Source: Bryobacterales bacterium
GTDB lineage: Bacteria > Acidobacteriota > Terriglobia > Bryobacterales > UBA6623
Assembly: GCA_963668345.2 (NCBI GenBank)
Contig: CAXWPI010000005.1
Span: forward strand, 95,561 to 159,560
Direction of reading: 5' to 3'
Length of the DNA: 64,000 nt
Of this stretch, positions 28,231-38,420 are shown one piece after another (within the stretch, counting starts at the first letter, position 1; each line of letters begins with the position of its first letter). The notes under the pieces are model-generated. The model made no database searches and was not told the origin of the DNA. It saw only the letters and a list, made by a program, of their open reading frames with translations. Position numbers and translations under genes: made by a program.

Positions 28231-28450
28231 AGCCTGGGGTGGAGCCGGAACGGCGGAACCCCAGGTAGAATTGAACAGAGTCGAGCCCTGAAAGGGCGAA
28301 GGAAACCATGGCGTAGACACTGGCCCGAATTTCGCCCACGTCGTGTTCTCGACGAAGGACCGGGCACCCTTGTTCCCGCGCCCCTCAGGGCTGGCCGCGG
28401 GGTTCCGCCAACGCAGGGTTTCGCTTCGCTTCACCCTGGGCTACTCTCGG
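28231..28450. repeat. Long imperfect inverted repeat (two arms of about 75-80 bp)
   Basis: The arm CCAGCCTGGGGTGGAGCCGGAACGGCGGAACCCCAGG...GAGCCCTGAAAGGGCG pairs with CGCCCCTCAGGGCTGG..CGCGGGGTTCCGCC...TTCACCCTGGGCT. Confidence 0.6.
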
Positions 28451-28587
28451 GTGGCCCCTGCCGGGGCCAGCGGATCCGAGAAACGCAGCCCGCGTCGTGC
28501 TCGTCTTACGTGAGAGCGCTCCCTGGTATACTGGAACCAATCTCTTTCCCCTCGGCGATAGCTCCCAGGAAGCAACCCGGTTAGGTC

Positions 28588-30198
28588 ATGAGTTCGCATC
28601 GGCGCCTCGCTCTACTCGCACCTCTCGTCGTCCTCTTCTGCACATGGCTGAGTGGAGGCTACGGGCCCCCGCTGCGCGCCGCGTCGGCCGCTTCCGAAGA
28701 CCAGGTTAAGGTCGGTTTCGAAAAGTTCACACGGCTGCTTGCTGTTGTTGAGCAGAACTACGCCGAAGATGTCGACCTTCAGGACGCCATTTTCCAGGGC
28801 GCGATCCCGAACATGTTACGCGCGCTGGACCCGCATTCGCAGTTTTTCAGTCCCGAAGCGTTCAAGCACCTTCGCGAAGAGCAAAAAGGCCAGTACGCTG
28901 GCGTGGGGATGACCATTGGCCCGCGCCAGGGCCGTACCGTCGTGATCGCTCCTTTTCCCAAGACGCCAGCCTATAGGGCCGGCCTACGGCCCGGCGACGC
29001 GATTGTCGAAGTGGACGGGGAGTCGACCGAAGGTTGGAACACTACCAAAGTTGCCAAGCACCTACGAGGCCCGGCAGGCACCAAGGTGCGCATCGGCATC
29101 GAAAGGCGGGGGGTCGAAGGTCTGCTTGAGTTTGAAGTCACCCGGGCTAGGATTCCTCGCAAAAGTGTTCCCGTCGCGTCTTTTCTGCAACCGCACGTCG
29201 GTTTCATCCGCATCGCCACCTTTAACGAAACGACCGGGAAGGAACTGGACCGAGCTCTCAAGAAGCTCGATGAACCTTCTTTGGAGGGTCTGATTCTGGA
29301 CCTGCGCTCCAATCGCGGTGGTCTGTTGAGCGAGGGAGTACGCGTGTCCGATCGGTTCATTCAGAAAGGCCAAAAGATCGTCTCCCACTACGGGCGAATC
29401 TCCGAGGAAAAGGTCTACCGCGCCAAAAACGGCAATGGGGGCCTTCTCTATCCGATGATCGTTCTGGTGAACTGCGACTCGGCTTCCGCCTCGGAGATCG
29501 TCGCCGGAGCTCTCCAGGATCATGACCGTGCGTTGATCGTCGGAGAGAATACATTCGGAAAAGGATTGGTGCAGACCGTCTACCCCATGGCCCAGACCGT
29601 GTACCCGTTGATGAAGGCGGCGGGGTTGGCGCTGACGACGGCGCGCTACTACACGCCCAGCGGCCGCCTCATCCAGCGGCGCTACGACAATATCTCTCTT
29701 TTGAACTACTATTCCGACCCGTGCAGCCAGCAGTACCAGCCCACGAACAGCGAAGTGAGACGGACCGATCAGGGCCGCCAGGTTTTCGGCGGGGGCGGAA
29801 TCACCCCCGATGTGGTCCTCGAGGATCAAAGACTCAACGACTTCCAAATCGCCTTGAGAACCCACGCCGCGTTCGCCACCTACGCCCAGGAATACACGCT
29901 ACAGCATCCTGACTTAGCGCCGGGCTGGGACGCGACCGACGAAATCCTAGAGGATTTCCGCCAGTTCCTGCTACGCGAGAAGATCTCCTTTAAGGAAGTT
30001 GACTTCATCGAAAACACCGACTTCATACGCCGTTTCTTGATACGCGAGGTCTATGTCTCGGCCTACGATCTCGAGGAAGGCGAAAAAGTCTATTACCAAA
30101 AAGATCCTGACGTGGAGAGGGCATTGGAACTGCTGCCCAAAGCGCAAGAGTTGCTGCACGCCTCGCAAAGAATGGTCGCCGAGCGCCGCGAGCGCTAG
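28588..30198 (+). CDS. S41 carboxyl-terminal processing peptidase, paralog 2
   Basis: 536 aa, colinear with paralog 1 (GLILDLRSNRGGLL, NCDSASASEIVAGALQDHDRALIVGENTFGKGLVQ). The stop TAG at 30196..30198 overlaps the type C element boundary. Confidence 0.9.
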   Translation: MSSHRRLALLAPLVVLFCTWLSGGYGPPLRAASAASEDQVKVGFEKFTRLLAVVEQNYAEDVDLQDAIFQGAIPNMLRALDPHSQFFSPEAFKHLREEQKGQYAGVGMTIGPRQGRTVVIAPFPKTPAYRAGLRPGDAIVEVDGESTEGWNTTKVAKHLRGPAGTKVRIGIERRGVEGLLEFEVTRARIPRKSVPVASFLQPHVGFIRIATFNETTGKELDRALKKLDEPSLEGLILDLRSNRGGLLSEGVRVSDRFIQKGQKIVSHYGRISEEKVYRAKNGNGGLLYPMIVLVNCDSASASEIVAGALQDHDRALIVGENTFGKGLVQTVYPMAQTVYPLMKAAGLALTTARYYTPSGRLIQRRYDNISLLNYYSDPCSQQYQPTNSEVRRTDQGRQVFGGGGITPDVVLEDQRLNDFQIALRTHAAFATYAQEYTLQHPDLAPGWDATDEILEDFRQFLLREKISFKEVDFIENTDFIRRFLIREVYVSAYDLEEGEKVYYQKDPDVERALELLPKAQELLHASQRMVAERRER

Positions 30199-30356
30199 CT
30201 ACTTTCCGGCGCAAAATACGCCTAGCGCTCGGGGCGGGGACTGTCACCAATTTCGCGCCTTCAAAGAATCAACAACTTACAGGCGCATTCGGACGCGAAA
30301 TTGGCCGGCTGTACCCAGCCACCACGCAGTTTCTCCTTTTTGCGCCGGAAAGTAGC
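30198..30356 (+). mobile_element. Type C MITE-like element (159 bp, perfect 19-bp TIRs, TA flanks)
   Basis: GCTACTTTCCGGCGCAAAA at 30198..30216 is the exact reverse complement of 30338..30356. TA is present at 30196-30197 and 30357-30358. Confidence 0.85.
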
Positions 30357-30526
30357 TAGCTGAGATCCAGAAAGGCCGCGGGTCTAAAAAGCGATATCCG
30401 CGCTACGGGACTACACGATTGTGGTCGCGGCTCAAGCTCGACGCAGGGCTGTGCGACAGCAAGCAACTGAGCCTGGAACGTTAGTGACAGGGCCAATCCC
30501 CGTAACGGCGGGACCGCCCCTTTTGG

Positions 30527-30637
30527 GGGCATCGAGATGAGTCTCGACGCGGCAAGCTGAGAGCTTGCACCACGACAGGGATCGATGTCGCCAGGAATGG
30601 CGACACGGCACGCAAGAATGCGTGCGCCACAGAAGCG
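30527..30637. repeat. Type D hairpin cluster (copy 1)
   Basis: The cluster contains GAGTCTCGACGCGGCAAGCTGAGAGCTTGC, ATGTCGCCAGGAATGGCGACAC and GGCACGCAAGAATGCGTGCGCC. Related copies lie at 56327..56452 and 60744..60788. Confidence 0.7.
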
Positions 30638-30893
30638 CAAGGTCCCTCGTTATCGTGGTTCGCCTTAGCCCACACGAGGGGCCAGAAAAGCAGGCTAGCC
30701 AGCTTGGCGCCCCTACGCGGCCTCTCTGCCGGTTCGTGTTCCTACGGTCGAAGGTTTGTTCCCCGCTGCCTTCAGCTTGGCCCACGAAGCTTGGGCCTCG
30801 CGGCGTCCACCTTGCGGTTCCCTACGGTTACCTCCATCGGTTCCGATGAGTACGTTGCAACTCACAAGTAAACAGCCCATGCTGGGCACACTA

Positions 30894-31985
30894 CTGAGTC
30901 CCGCGTAATATAAGGTAACCTTTTAGAGAGGGCAGACGTCTTTTGGATATGGGTTTTCCAAAAGGCGTGAAGAGGGACTTCGTCGCACTGGAGAGGCGGC
31001 GCATCAAGGCGGTGCGGCTGGTCGTGGAAGAGGGGCTCAGCCAAGGCGAGGCGGCGCGGCGAGTCAAAGCGGGGCAACAGAGCGTGAGCGGCTGGGTGCG
31101 GCGGTATCGCGAAGGCGGCCAAGCCGGGCTAGCCAAAGCCGGGCGCGCCGGCCGCAAGTCACTGTTGACCGAGGCGCAGCTGGCCCAACTGGAGGCCTTC
31201 CTTCTCGAAGGCCCCGAAGCCCACGGCTTCTCGACGCCGCGGTGGAGCTGCCCGCGGGTGGCGCGGTTGATCGAAGACCGTTTCGGGGCGCGCTACCACG
31301 AAGGTCACGTCTGGAAACTGCTGCGCGCGCTGAACTGGAGCCCGCGGAGGCCGGTCGGCAAGGCCCGCGAGCGCAACGAGGAAGCGATCCGCACAGGGAA
31401 GAAGAAGACCTGGCCCGCCATTAAAAAAAAGCCCAAAAACAGGGGCGCACGACCGTCTTCATCGACGAAAGCGGACTGCGCCTGAAGCCACATCGTTGCC
31501 GCACGTGGGCGCCGCGTGGGCAGACGCCCGTAGTGCAGTTCAACTTCAACTGGGAGAAGCTCTCGGCGGCGGCCGGAATCACCTTCCACAACTTCTACTT
31601 CCGTCTCTATCCCGACGCCATCCGCGGTCCCGAGGTGATCGACTTCCTCCAGGCGCTGGGGCGCCACATGCAACGTCCGTTGCTCATCGTGTGGGATCGC
31701 CTGCCGGCGCATCGCAGCGCTCTGGTGCAAGAGTTCCTCAGCTACTCCGAAGGCCACATCGAGACCGAGTACCTGCCCGCCTACGCGCCCGAGCTGAACC
31801 CGGGCGAATACATCTGGAGCTATTGGAAGCAGCATCAGTTGCCGAACGTTCGTCCGAAGGACTACTGGGAGCTCGACGCGCGCGCCCGGCAGGCGCTGCG
31901 CCGTATGCGCAAGCCGCGCCTCGTCGCCGCCTTCTGGAAGCAGTCTTCTTGGTGCCTGGATAACTGAATATTATGCGAGACTCAG
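30894..31985 (+). mobile_element. IS630-family insertion sequence (1092 bp)
   Basis: The imperfect TIRs are CTGAGTCCCGCGTAATAT and ATATTATGCGAGACTCAG (16/18). TA is present on both flanks (30892-30893 and 31986-31987). It encodes HTH and DDE transposase halves. Confidence 0.85.
30943..31967 (+). CDS. IS630-family transposase, two frames joined by a -1 shift at A AAA AAA AAG (about 31423..31431)
   Basis: ORF 30943..31485 carries the HTH part (GLSQGEAARRVKAGQQSVSGWVRRYREGG). The -1 frame is open from the A-run and reads KKAQKQGRTTVFIDESGLRLKPHRCRTWAPRGQTP, continuing into ORF 31533..31967, the DDE_3-like part. Confidence 0.75.
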
Positions 31986-31987
31986 TA

Positions 31988-32116
31988 GGGGCGCAATTCA
32001 TGGCGCCCGCTTGCCTTACAAGCTGTAAGCCGGCCGACATATACAAACTGTTGCCTCAAGCCATACCCGCCGGGCCTTTTGCCTCATGCACCGCGGCGGT
32101 GGCGAGAAATGCGGGC
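31988..32116 (+). repeat. Interspersed repeat, type A (copy 3, right part)
   Basis: GGGGCGCAATTCATGGCGCCCGCTTGCCTTACAAGCTGTAAGCCGGCCGA...TGGCGAGAAATGCGGGC aligns with copies 1 and 2. It begins at the TA that flanks the IS630 element. Confidence 0.75.
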
Positions 32117-32262
32117 TGCCGCTGGAATTCCCTCCGGCGGCGGCGAGCCGTTATTTACCCCCTGCGATTATTTGAGGATCGTGCCGGCATCGAGGCCGGA
32201 TGGTCAGAAGTACCGATACGATCACTGTGCAGGCTGGGGACCGCCTGTGGCGGCAAGTTTCG

Positions 32263-33297
32263 CTACTCGGCGAAACCATACCGTCCCGCGATCTCACGCG
32301 CCAGGTAGTTCTCGACTTCGGCTCCGTTGCGTAGAATCTCCAAGAAAGCGGCCCGCAGTACCTGCTCCTTTTGGTTCATCAACGTTTCACGGATTATCTG
32401 CCGCACTTGGGGATTGGAGAATTCGCGCTGGCCGGCCGCCTGCTTGGAAATAAGCTTGAGGATTCGATATCCCCGCTTCGTTCTGATGATGGGGGATACT
32501 TCGCCCGGCGACAATGACGCCACGGCCCGGCGCAAGGCGATGTCAACCTTCTCCAGGCTCGATTGCGGAATGAATCCCAGATCGCCGCCGTTCGCCGCGG
32601 AAACAGGATCTTCGGAAAGGCTCTGCGCGAGAACATCGAAATCCTCCCCGTCGCGGAGCCGTTGTTCGATGATGGCGATTTTTGCGCGGGCGCTCTCCCG
32701 GTCCGTGGCGTCGTCATTGCGCAGATTCGGAACGGGCACCTCGCTGTTGGGAGTCACCACGATCTCAGCGATGTGGTATTGCTGTTCGGGAAAGTTAAAC
32801 CCGGCTTTATTTTCTTCGTAATACGCCCTTATTTCATCCTCGCTTACCGAGACCGCCGACCGGATTTCCTTGTTCAGCAGCCTCTCGATGGTGAGCGTAC
32901 GCCGCAACTCCTCTCTGAATTCCTCCCTGGTCATGCCGCGTTCCGCGAGATAGTTTCCGAAGGCTTCGGCGTCAGGATGAAGCGCTTGGCGCTCTTCCAG
33001 GCGAGCCTGCACATCGGAATCGACGGCCATGAGTCCCGCTTTTTCGGCTCGCTGCAGCATGGCATAGCGGTCGATCACCTCGCGGAGCACGGTCATGCGC
33101 AGCATCTCGGCTTGGTGTTTCGTGGGAGGTTCGCCCATATCGCCGACTTCGTTTTGGTAATACTTCTCGAGCTGCGCGTAGGTGATCTTGTAGCCGTTGA
33201 CGACGGCGGCGGCTTCGCTGTCGGCGCCTCTTTGACAACCGCAAAGCACAAGTACACAAGCGGCGCAAACGCTGATTTTGCGAACGTCGATGGCCAT
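32263..33297 (-). CDS. SurA/PrsA-like peptidyl-prolyl isomerase lipoprotein (parvulin domain)
   Basis: 344 aa with lipobox LVLCGC, a SurA_N-like chaperone region and a PpiC rotamase motif (GGDLGFIPQSSL...GEVSPIIRTKRGYRILK). Confidence 0.85.
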   Translation of the reverse strand: MAIDVRKISVCAACVLVLCGCQRGADSEAAAVVNGYKITYAQLEKYYQNEVGDMGEPPTKHQAEMLRMTVLREVIDRYAMLQRAEKAGLMAVDSDVQARLEERQALHPDAEAFGNYLAERGMTREEFREELRRTLTIERLLNKEIRSAVSVSEDEIRAYYEENKAGFNFPEQQYHIAEIVVTPNSEVPVPNLRNDDATDRESARAKIAIIEQRLRDGEDFDVLAQSLSEDPVSAANGGDLGFIPQSSLEKVDIALRRAVASLSPGEVSPIIRTKRGYRILKLISKQAAGQREFSNPQVRQIIRETLMNQKEQVLRAAFLEILRNGAEVENYLAREIAGRYGFAE

Positions 33298-33382
33298 ATT
33301 TCCCTATTGTAGTGCGGAGAGACTCGGGCTGATAGGCGAGTCTTAGGCAGGCAGAGGAGCGGGCCCGGAGGGGCGCCGGCAT

Positions 33383-33847
33383 CTACGATGAGGTGGGGGG
33401 AGGCTTCTCTTCTTCGGCGGCCTCGGATTCGGTTTGCTGTTTCATGCGCTCCTCGCGACGCTTGCGACGCTCCTCGGAGCGCTTCTTGAGTTCCGAGCCG
33501 ATCACCTCAAGCATGGCCTGCTCAGCGCCGTCTCCCTTGCGGCCGCCCAGTCGGATGATTCTCGTATACCCTCCGTCGCGCTGGGCGAAGCGGGGCCCCA
33601 TCGTTTCGAATAGCTTCTTGACGGCTCCCGGCGTTTGCAGGAACGCCGCCGCCCGGCGGCGAGTGTGCAGGGTGTCCGTCTTGGCCAGCGTGATCATCTT
33701 CTCGACCAACGGCCGGGTCGCCTTCGCCCTGGCGACGGTGGTAATCACCCGGTCCTGGAGAATGACACTCGTAGTGAGGCCGCGAAGCAAGGCCCGTCGA
33801 GCGGAGCCGTCTCGCTGAAGCTTGAACCCGCCCTTGCGATGCCGCAC
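33383..33847 (-). CDS. rplQ: 50S ribosomal protein L17
   Basis: MRHRKGGFKLQRDGSARRALLRGL... with a Lys/Glu-rich C-terminal tail. Located after rpoA. Confidence 0.95.
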   Translation of the reverse strand: MRHRKGGFKLQRDGSARRALLRGLTTSVILQDRVITTVARAKATRPLVEKMITLAKTDTLHTRRRAAAFLQTPGAVKKLFETMGPRFAQRDGGYTRIIRLGGRKGDGAEQAMLEVIGSELKKRSEERRKRREERMKQQTESEAAEEEKPPPTSS

Positions 33848-33862
33848 GCTGTTCCCCTTCCA

Positions 33863-34879
<1,017 letters not shown>

Positions 34880-34951
34880 TCGCCTTATCTCCCTGTGAGC
34901 TGCCTTGTGCTCCGGTTCTGTCTTGCTGGGGTGCTCCGAGGCGACCCAAAC

Positions 34952-35587
34952 TTACCGAGAATACAGCTCGACGATCAACTGCTCATTGATCGGAACCTGC
35001 ACCAATTCGTCGCGTCGCGGCATTCCGGTAATACGGCCGCTTTGCTTTTCCCGGTCGACTTCCAGCCAGCTTGGAGTCAGCATGTGTGCCGTGCTCTCCG
35101 CCGCGGCCAGGATGCCACCGTGTTTGCGGCTCTTTTCACGAATCTCGATCACATCATGCGGTTTAACAATAAAAGAAGGAATGTTGACCTTTCGACCGTT
35201 GACCTGGACGTGCCCGTGGCGCACTGTCTGGCGGGCCTGGGACCGGCTGGTGCCGAAGCCCATGCGATAGATCACATTGTCAAGCCGCCGCTCGAGCATC
35301 GACAGCAGGTTTTCACCCACCACGCCCTTCATCTGCACGGCTTTTCGGTAGTAGTTGCGAAACTGCCTCTCCAGGACCCCGTAGATACGGCGTACCCTCT
35401 GCTTCTCGCGCAACTGCAAGCCGTAGCCGAGCAAACGTCGCGGGCGGCTTGTCTTGCCGTGCTGCCCGGGGAAGTAGTTGCGCTTCTCAATGGCGCAACT
35501 CGGACCGTAGCAGCGCTCGCCCTTGAGAAAGAGCTTCATGCCTTCGCGCCGGCACAACCGGCAGACCGGACCTCTATATCTAGCCAT
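34952..35587 (-). CDS. rpsD: 30S ribosomal protein S4
   Basis: [26 protein letters not shown]..., 211 aa. Confidence 0.97.
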   Translation of the reverse strand: MARYRGPVCRLCRREGMKLFLKGERCYGPSCAIEKRNYFPGQHGKTSRPRRLLGYGLQLREKQRVRRIYGVLERQFRNYYRKAVQMKGVVGENLLSMLERRLDNVIYRMGFGTSRSQARQTVRHGHVQVNGRKVNIPSFIVKPHDVIEIREKSRKHGGILAAAESTAHMLTPSWLEVDREKQSGRITGMPRRDELVQVPINEQLIVELYSR

Positions 35588-35681
35588 CTTGTTTCCCGTT
35601 CATTTGCTTACTCGTCTCCGAGCAGGACATGCGGCTTTCGATGATCGGTCTGTCTCCGCATCCGCCACCGCTGCCGCCGCT

Positions 35682-36083
35682 TCACACGCGCCGCTTTTTC
35701 GGCGGCCGACAGCCGTTGTGCGGAATCGGCGTCACATCTTTGATCTGTTTGACGGTGATACCCGCGGTCGCCAGCGCCCGGATCGCCGATTCGCGGCCTC
35801 CACCAGGACCCTTCACTCGAACGTTGACCGTCCGCACACCGTGTTCTTTCGCCGCGTTGGCGGCGGTCAAGCAGGCTTGCTGGGCCGCGAAGGGTGTTCC
35901 CTTCTGAGATCCTCGAAACCCCAGCGACCCCGCACTCGACCAGGCAACCACCTTCCCTGCCGGATCGCTGATGGTCACAATCGTGTTGTTGAACGAAGCC
36001 TTGACGTGAACAATCCCGACGGGGACCGATTTTCGTGTCCGGCTGCGCTTCTTCTTGGCTCCCTTGCCCTTTGCCTTAGCCAT
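35682..36083 (-). CDS. rpsK: 30S ribosomal protein S11
   Basis: 133 aa, [18 protein letters not shown]... Confidence 0.97.
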   Translation of the reverse strand: MAKAKGKGAKKKRSRTRKSVPVGIVHVKASFNNTIVTISDPAGKVVAWSSAGSLGFRGSQKGTPFAAQQACLTAANAAKEHGVRTVNVRVKGPGGGRESAIRALATAGITVKQIKDVTPIPHNGCRPPKKRRV

Positions 36084-36112
36084 GTCCCCTCTAGTTCAGC
36101 TGCTATCGGTTG

Positions 36113-36493
36113 CTACTTGCCTACCTTCTTCTTGGCCGCGACCGCGCCCCGGCGCGGACCCTTGCGCGTACGGGCGTTGGTGTGGGTTCGTTGGCCGCGG
36201 ACCGGCAGGCCGCGCCGATGCCGCAAACCGCGATACGTGCCGATCTCGATCAGCCGGCGGATGTTCATCGCCAGTTCCTTGCGCAGGTCGCCTTCCACCG
36301 AACCCTCGGCTTCGAGGATCCTTCTCAGGTTGGTGATCTCGTCATCGGTCAGCTGGCCCATCTTCTTGCCGAAGTCGATGCCGGCGCGATAGAGCAGCGA
36401 GCGCGCGCGGGCGCGCCCGATGCCGAAGATATAGGTCAGCGAGATTTCCGCTCGCTTGGTGGGTGGTAGGTCGACTCCCGAGATGCGTGCCAT
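36113..36493 (-). CDS. rpsM: 30S ribosomal protein S13
   Basis: [26 protein letters not shown]..., 126 aa. Confidence 0.97.
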   Translation of the reverse strand: MARISGVDLPPTKRAEISLTYIFGIGRARARSLLYRAGIDFGKKMGQLTDDEITNLRRILEAEGSVEGDLRKELAMNIRRLIEIGTYRGLRHRRGLPVRGQRTHTNARTRKGPRRGAVAAKKKVGK

Positions 36494-36530
36494 CTATCGC
36501 CTCGAAACTGTTACTCCGCTTGAACTTGGG

Positions 36531-36644
36531 TCATCCTTGCCGCTGCTTGTGCTTGGGGTTCGTGCAGAGCACCCGCACGACGCCTTTGCGGCGGACGATC
36601 TTGCAGTTGCGACACAACTTCTTGACCGACGCTCTTACCTTCAT
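36531..36644 (-). CDS. rpmJ: 50S ribosomal protein L36 (Zn-binding form)
   Basis: Not in the ORF track. Manual translation gives [37 protein letters not shown]. The ATG overlaps the infA stop (ATGA). Confidence 0.93.
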   Translation of the reverse strand: MKVRASVKKLCRNCKIVRRKGVVRVLCTNPKHKQRQG

Positions 36645-36877
36645 GAGGAATCCCTCTGCACGATCCGGCCGCGCCGATCGTCGCGGGAAGACAATTCGAC
36701 TTGCACTTTGTCTCCCGGAAGCAGCCGCAAGAAGTCGTTCTTCCGCCGCCCCGAAACGTGGGCCACAAGGCGCGACTGATCGTTCAGCTCGACCCGAAAA
36801 AGGTCGTTCGGCAGCGGTTCGACGACCGTAGCCGGCAGCGGCGGTTGTGGTCCGTTTTCCGCGCTTCGCTTAGCCAT
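36641..36877 (-). CDS. infA: Translation initiation factor IF-1
   Basis: 78 aa with an S1-like fold ([42 protein letters not shown]). Confidence 0.93.
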   Translation of the reverse strand: MAKRSAENGPQPPLPATVVEPLPNDLFRVELNDQSRLVAHVSGRRKNDFLRLLPGDKVQVELSSRDDRRGRIVQRDSS

Positions 36878-37700
36878 GGAGACTGCTCACCGCCTCCGAG
36901 CGGGTTTCCCGCTCCCCGTTTGTGTTCTTCTCCGGGCCGGTCAATACCCAGGGACCGTTTTCGGTCACCGCGACGCAGTGCTCGAAGTGGGCGGCATTAG
37001 AACCATCGGAGGTGACCGCCGTCCAGTGATCCCCCAAGACACGAGTCTCCCGCCCGCCGGCGGCAACCATCGGCTCGATCGCCAGCACCATGCCCGCCCT
37101 CAACCGCGGGTTGCCGGCTCGCCGGTCGATGTAATTCGGCACTTGAGGCTCTTCATGCAGCTTGGTCCCAATCCCGTGCCCCACGAAGTCGCGGACGATC
37201 GATAACCCGTTGCCCTCGACATGGCGTTGCACCGCCCCGCAAAGATCGAAAAGGCGTCGGCCGGCCGTCGCCTGCTCGATCGCCAAGTCCAAAGACTCCT
37301 TCGTCACCCGCAACAGCCGCTGGGTCTCCGGCTGAATCCGACCCACCGGCACCGTGGTGGCCGAATCGCCGTAGTAGCCGTCGAGCTGGACGCCGATATC
37401 GATCTTGACGATGTCACCCTCCCGCAGGACCCTCTGCTTGGAGGGCACGCCGTGAACGACCTCTTCGTTGATCGAGGTGCACAGCACGCAGGGGAATCGC
37501 CGGCCGGCGGCGGGAACGTAGTAGCCCTTGAAAGCCGCTCGCGCTCCGGCGCCGGCGACCATCTTGTCCGCGACGACTTCCAGGTCTTCGGTGGTGACGC
37601 CCGGCTCGACCATTCGAGTGAGCTCGTCCAAAATGCGCCATACGAGCAAACCACTAGCGCGCATCTTTTGCAACTCGGAGAAACTCTTTCGGATGATCAT
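36870..37700 (-). CDS. map: Methionine aminopeptidase type I
   Basis: 276 aa with metal ligands in the DIVKIDIGV, GHGIG and LAIEP contexts. ATGA overlap with the adk stop. Confidence 0.95.
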   Translation of the reverse strand: MIIRKSFSELQKMRASGLLVWRILDELTRMVEPGVTTEDLEVVADKMVAGAGARAAFKGYYVPAAGRRFPCVLCTSINEEVVHGVPSKQRVLREGDIVKIDIGVQLDGYYGDSATTVPVGRIQPETQRLLRVTKESLDLAIEQATAGRRLFDLCGAVQRHVEGNGLSIVRDFVGHGIGTKLHEEPQVPNYIDRRAGNPRLRAGMVLAIEPMVAAGGRETRVLGDHWTAVTSDGSNAAHFEHCVAVTENGPWVLTGPEKNTNGERETRSEAVSSLHG

Positions 37701-38368
37701 CCGCGGTCCAACAACTCAAAAATCCGTTCGGCGACCTCGTCTTCCGGCAACGACCCGTCCACGGTGTGTGTCGGTTGCCCCCGCTTCCGAAAGACGTCGA
37801 AGAGCGGAAGTGTCTGCTGCTCGTAGGCTTGCAAACGTTCTCGCAAGACTTCCTCGCTGTCATCCGCGCGCACCACCAAGCCGCTGTGGCACACATCACA
37901 GACCTCGGAAACCTTAGGCGGGTGCAAATATAAGTTGAAGATAGCGCCGCACTTAGGGCAAAGTCGACGGCCGGTAATCCTCTTTACCAGTTCATTATAT
38001 CCAATCCGGATTTCGATGACCACCGCCGGCAGTCCCAGGCCATCGAGTACCGTTTCGAGCCGCTCGGCTTGCTGGGCCGTCCGGGGATATCCGTCAAGCA
38101 GGAAGCCCTCCCGGCAGTCGGGCCGGTGGAGGCGGGCCTCCACGATCCCATTGACCAGCTCGTCGTCGACAAGACGGCCCGCGGCCAGAGCAGACTGTGC
38201 CTGCCGACCCAGTGGGGAGCCGAGCTGGATTTCTTCTCGAATCATGTTGCCTGTCGAAATCTGAGGAATCGCGTATCGTTTCGAAATCTTGATTGCTTGC
38301 GTGCCCTTGCCGGCTCCCGGAGGGCCGAACAAAACGATAGCGCCTACTCCTGCCGCCTTGGCCGCCAT
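37697..38368 (-). CDS. adk: Adenylate kinase (Zn-finger lid)
   Basis: ATG at 38368 is preferred (MAAKAAGVGAIVLFGPPGAGKGTQA, 223 aa). The track ORF to 38503 would overlap secY. The lid reads CPKCGAIFN...CDVCHSGL. Confidence 0.93.
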   Translation of the reverse strand: MAAKAAGVGAIVLFGPPGAGKGTQAIKISKRYAIPQISTGNMIREEIQLGSPLGRQAQSALAAGRLVDDELVNGIVEARLHRPDCREGFLLDGYPRTAQQAERLETVLDGLGLPAVVIEIRIGYNELVKRITGRRLCPKCGAIFNLYLHPPKVSEVCDVCHSGLVVRADDSEEVLRERLQAYEQQTLPLFDVFRKRGQPTHTVDGSLPEDEVAERIFELLDRG

Positions 38369-38420
38369 GGTCTGCTTGGTCGCCCCTTGCACCCCTTGAT
38401 CCGGCCCCGGGGGAACGGAA

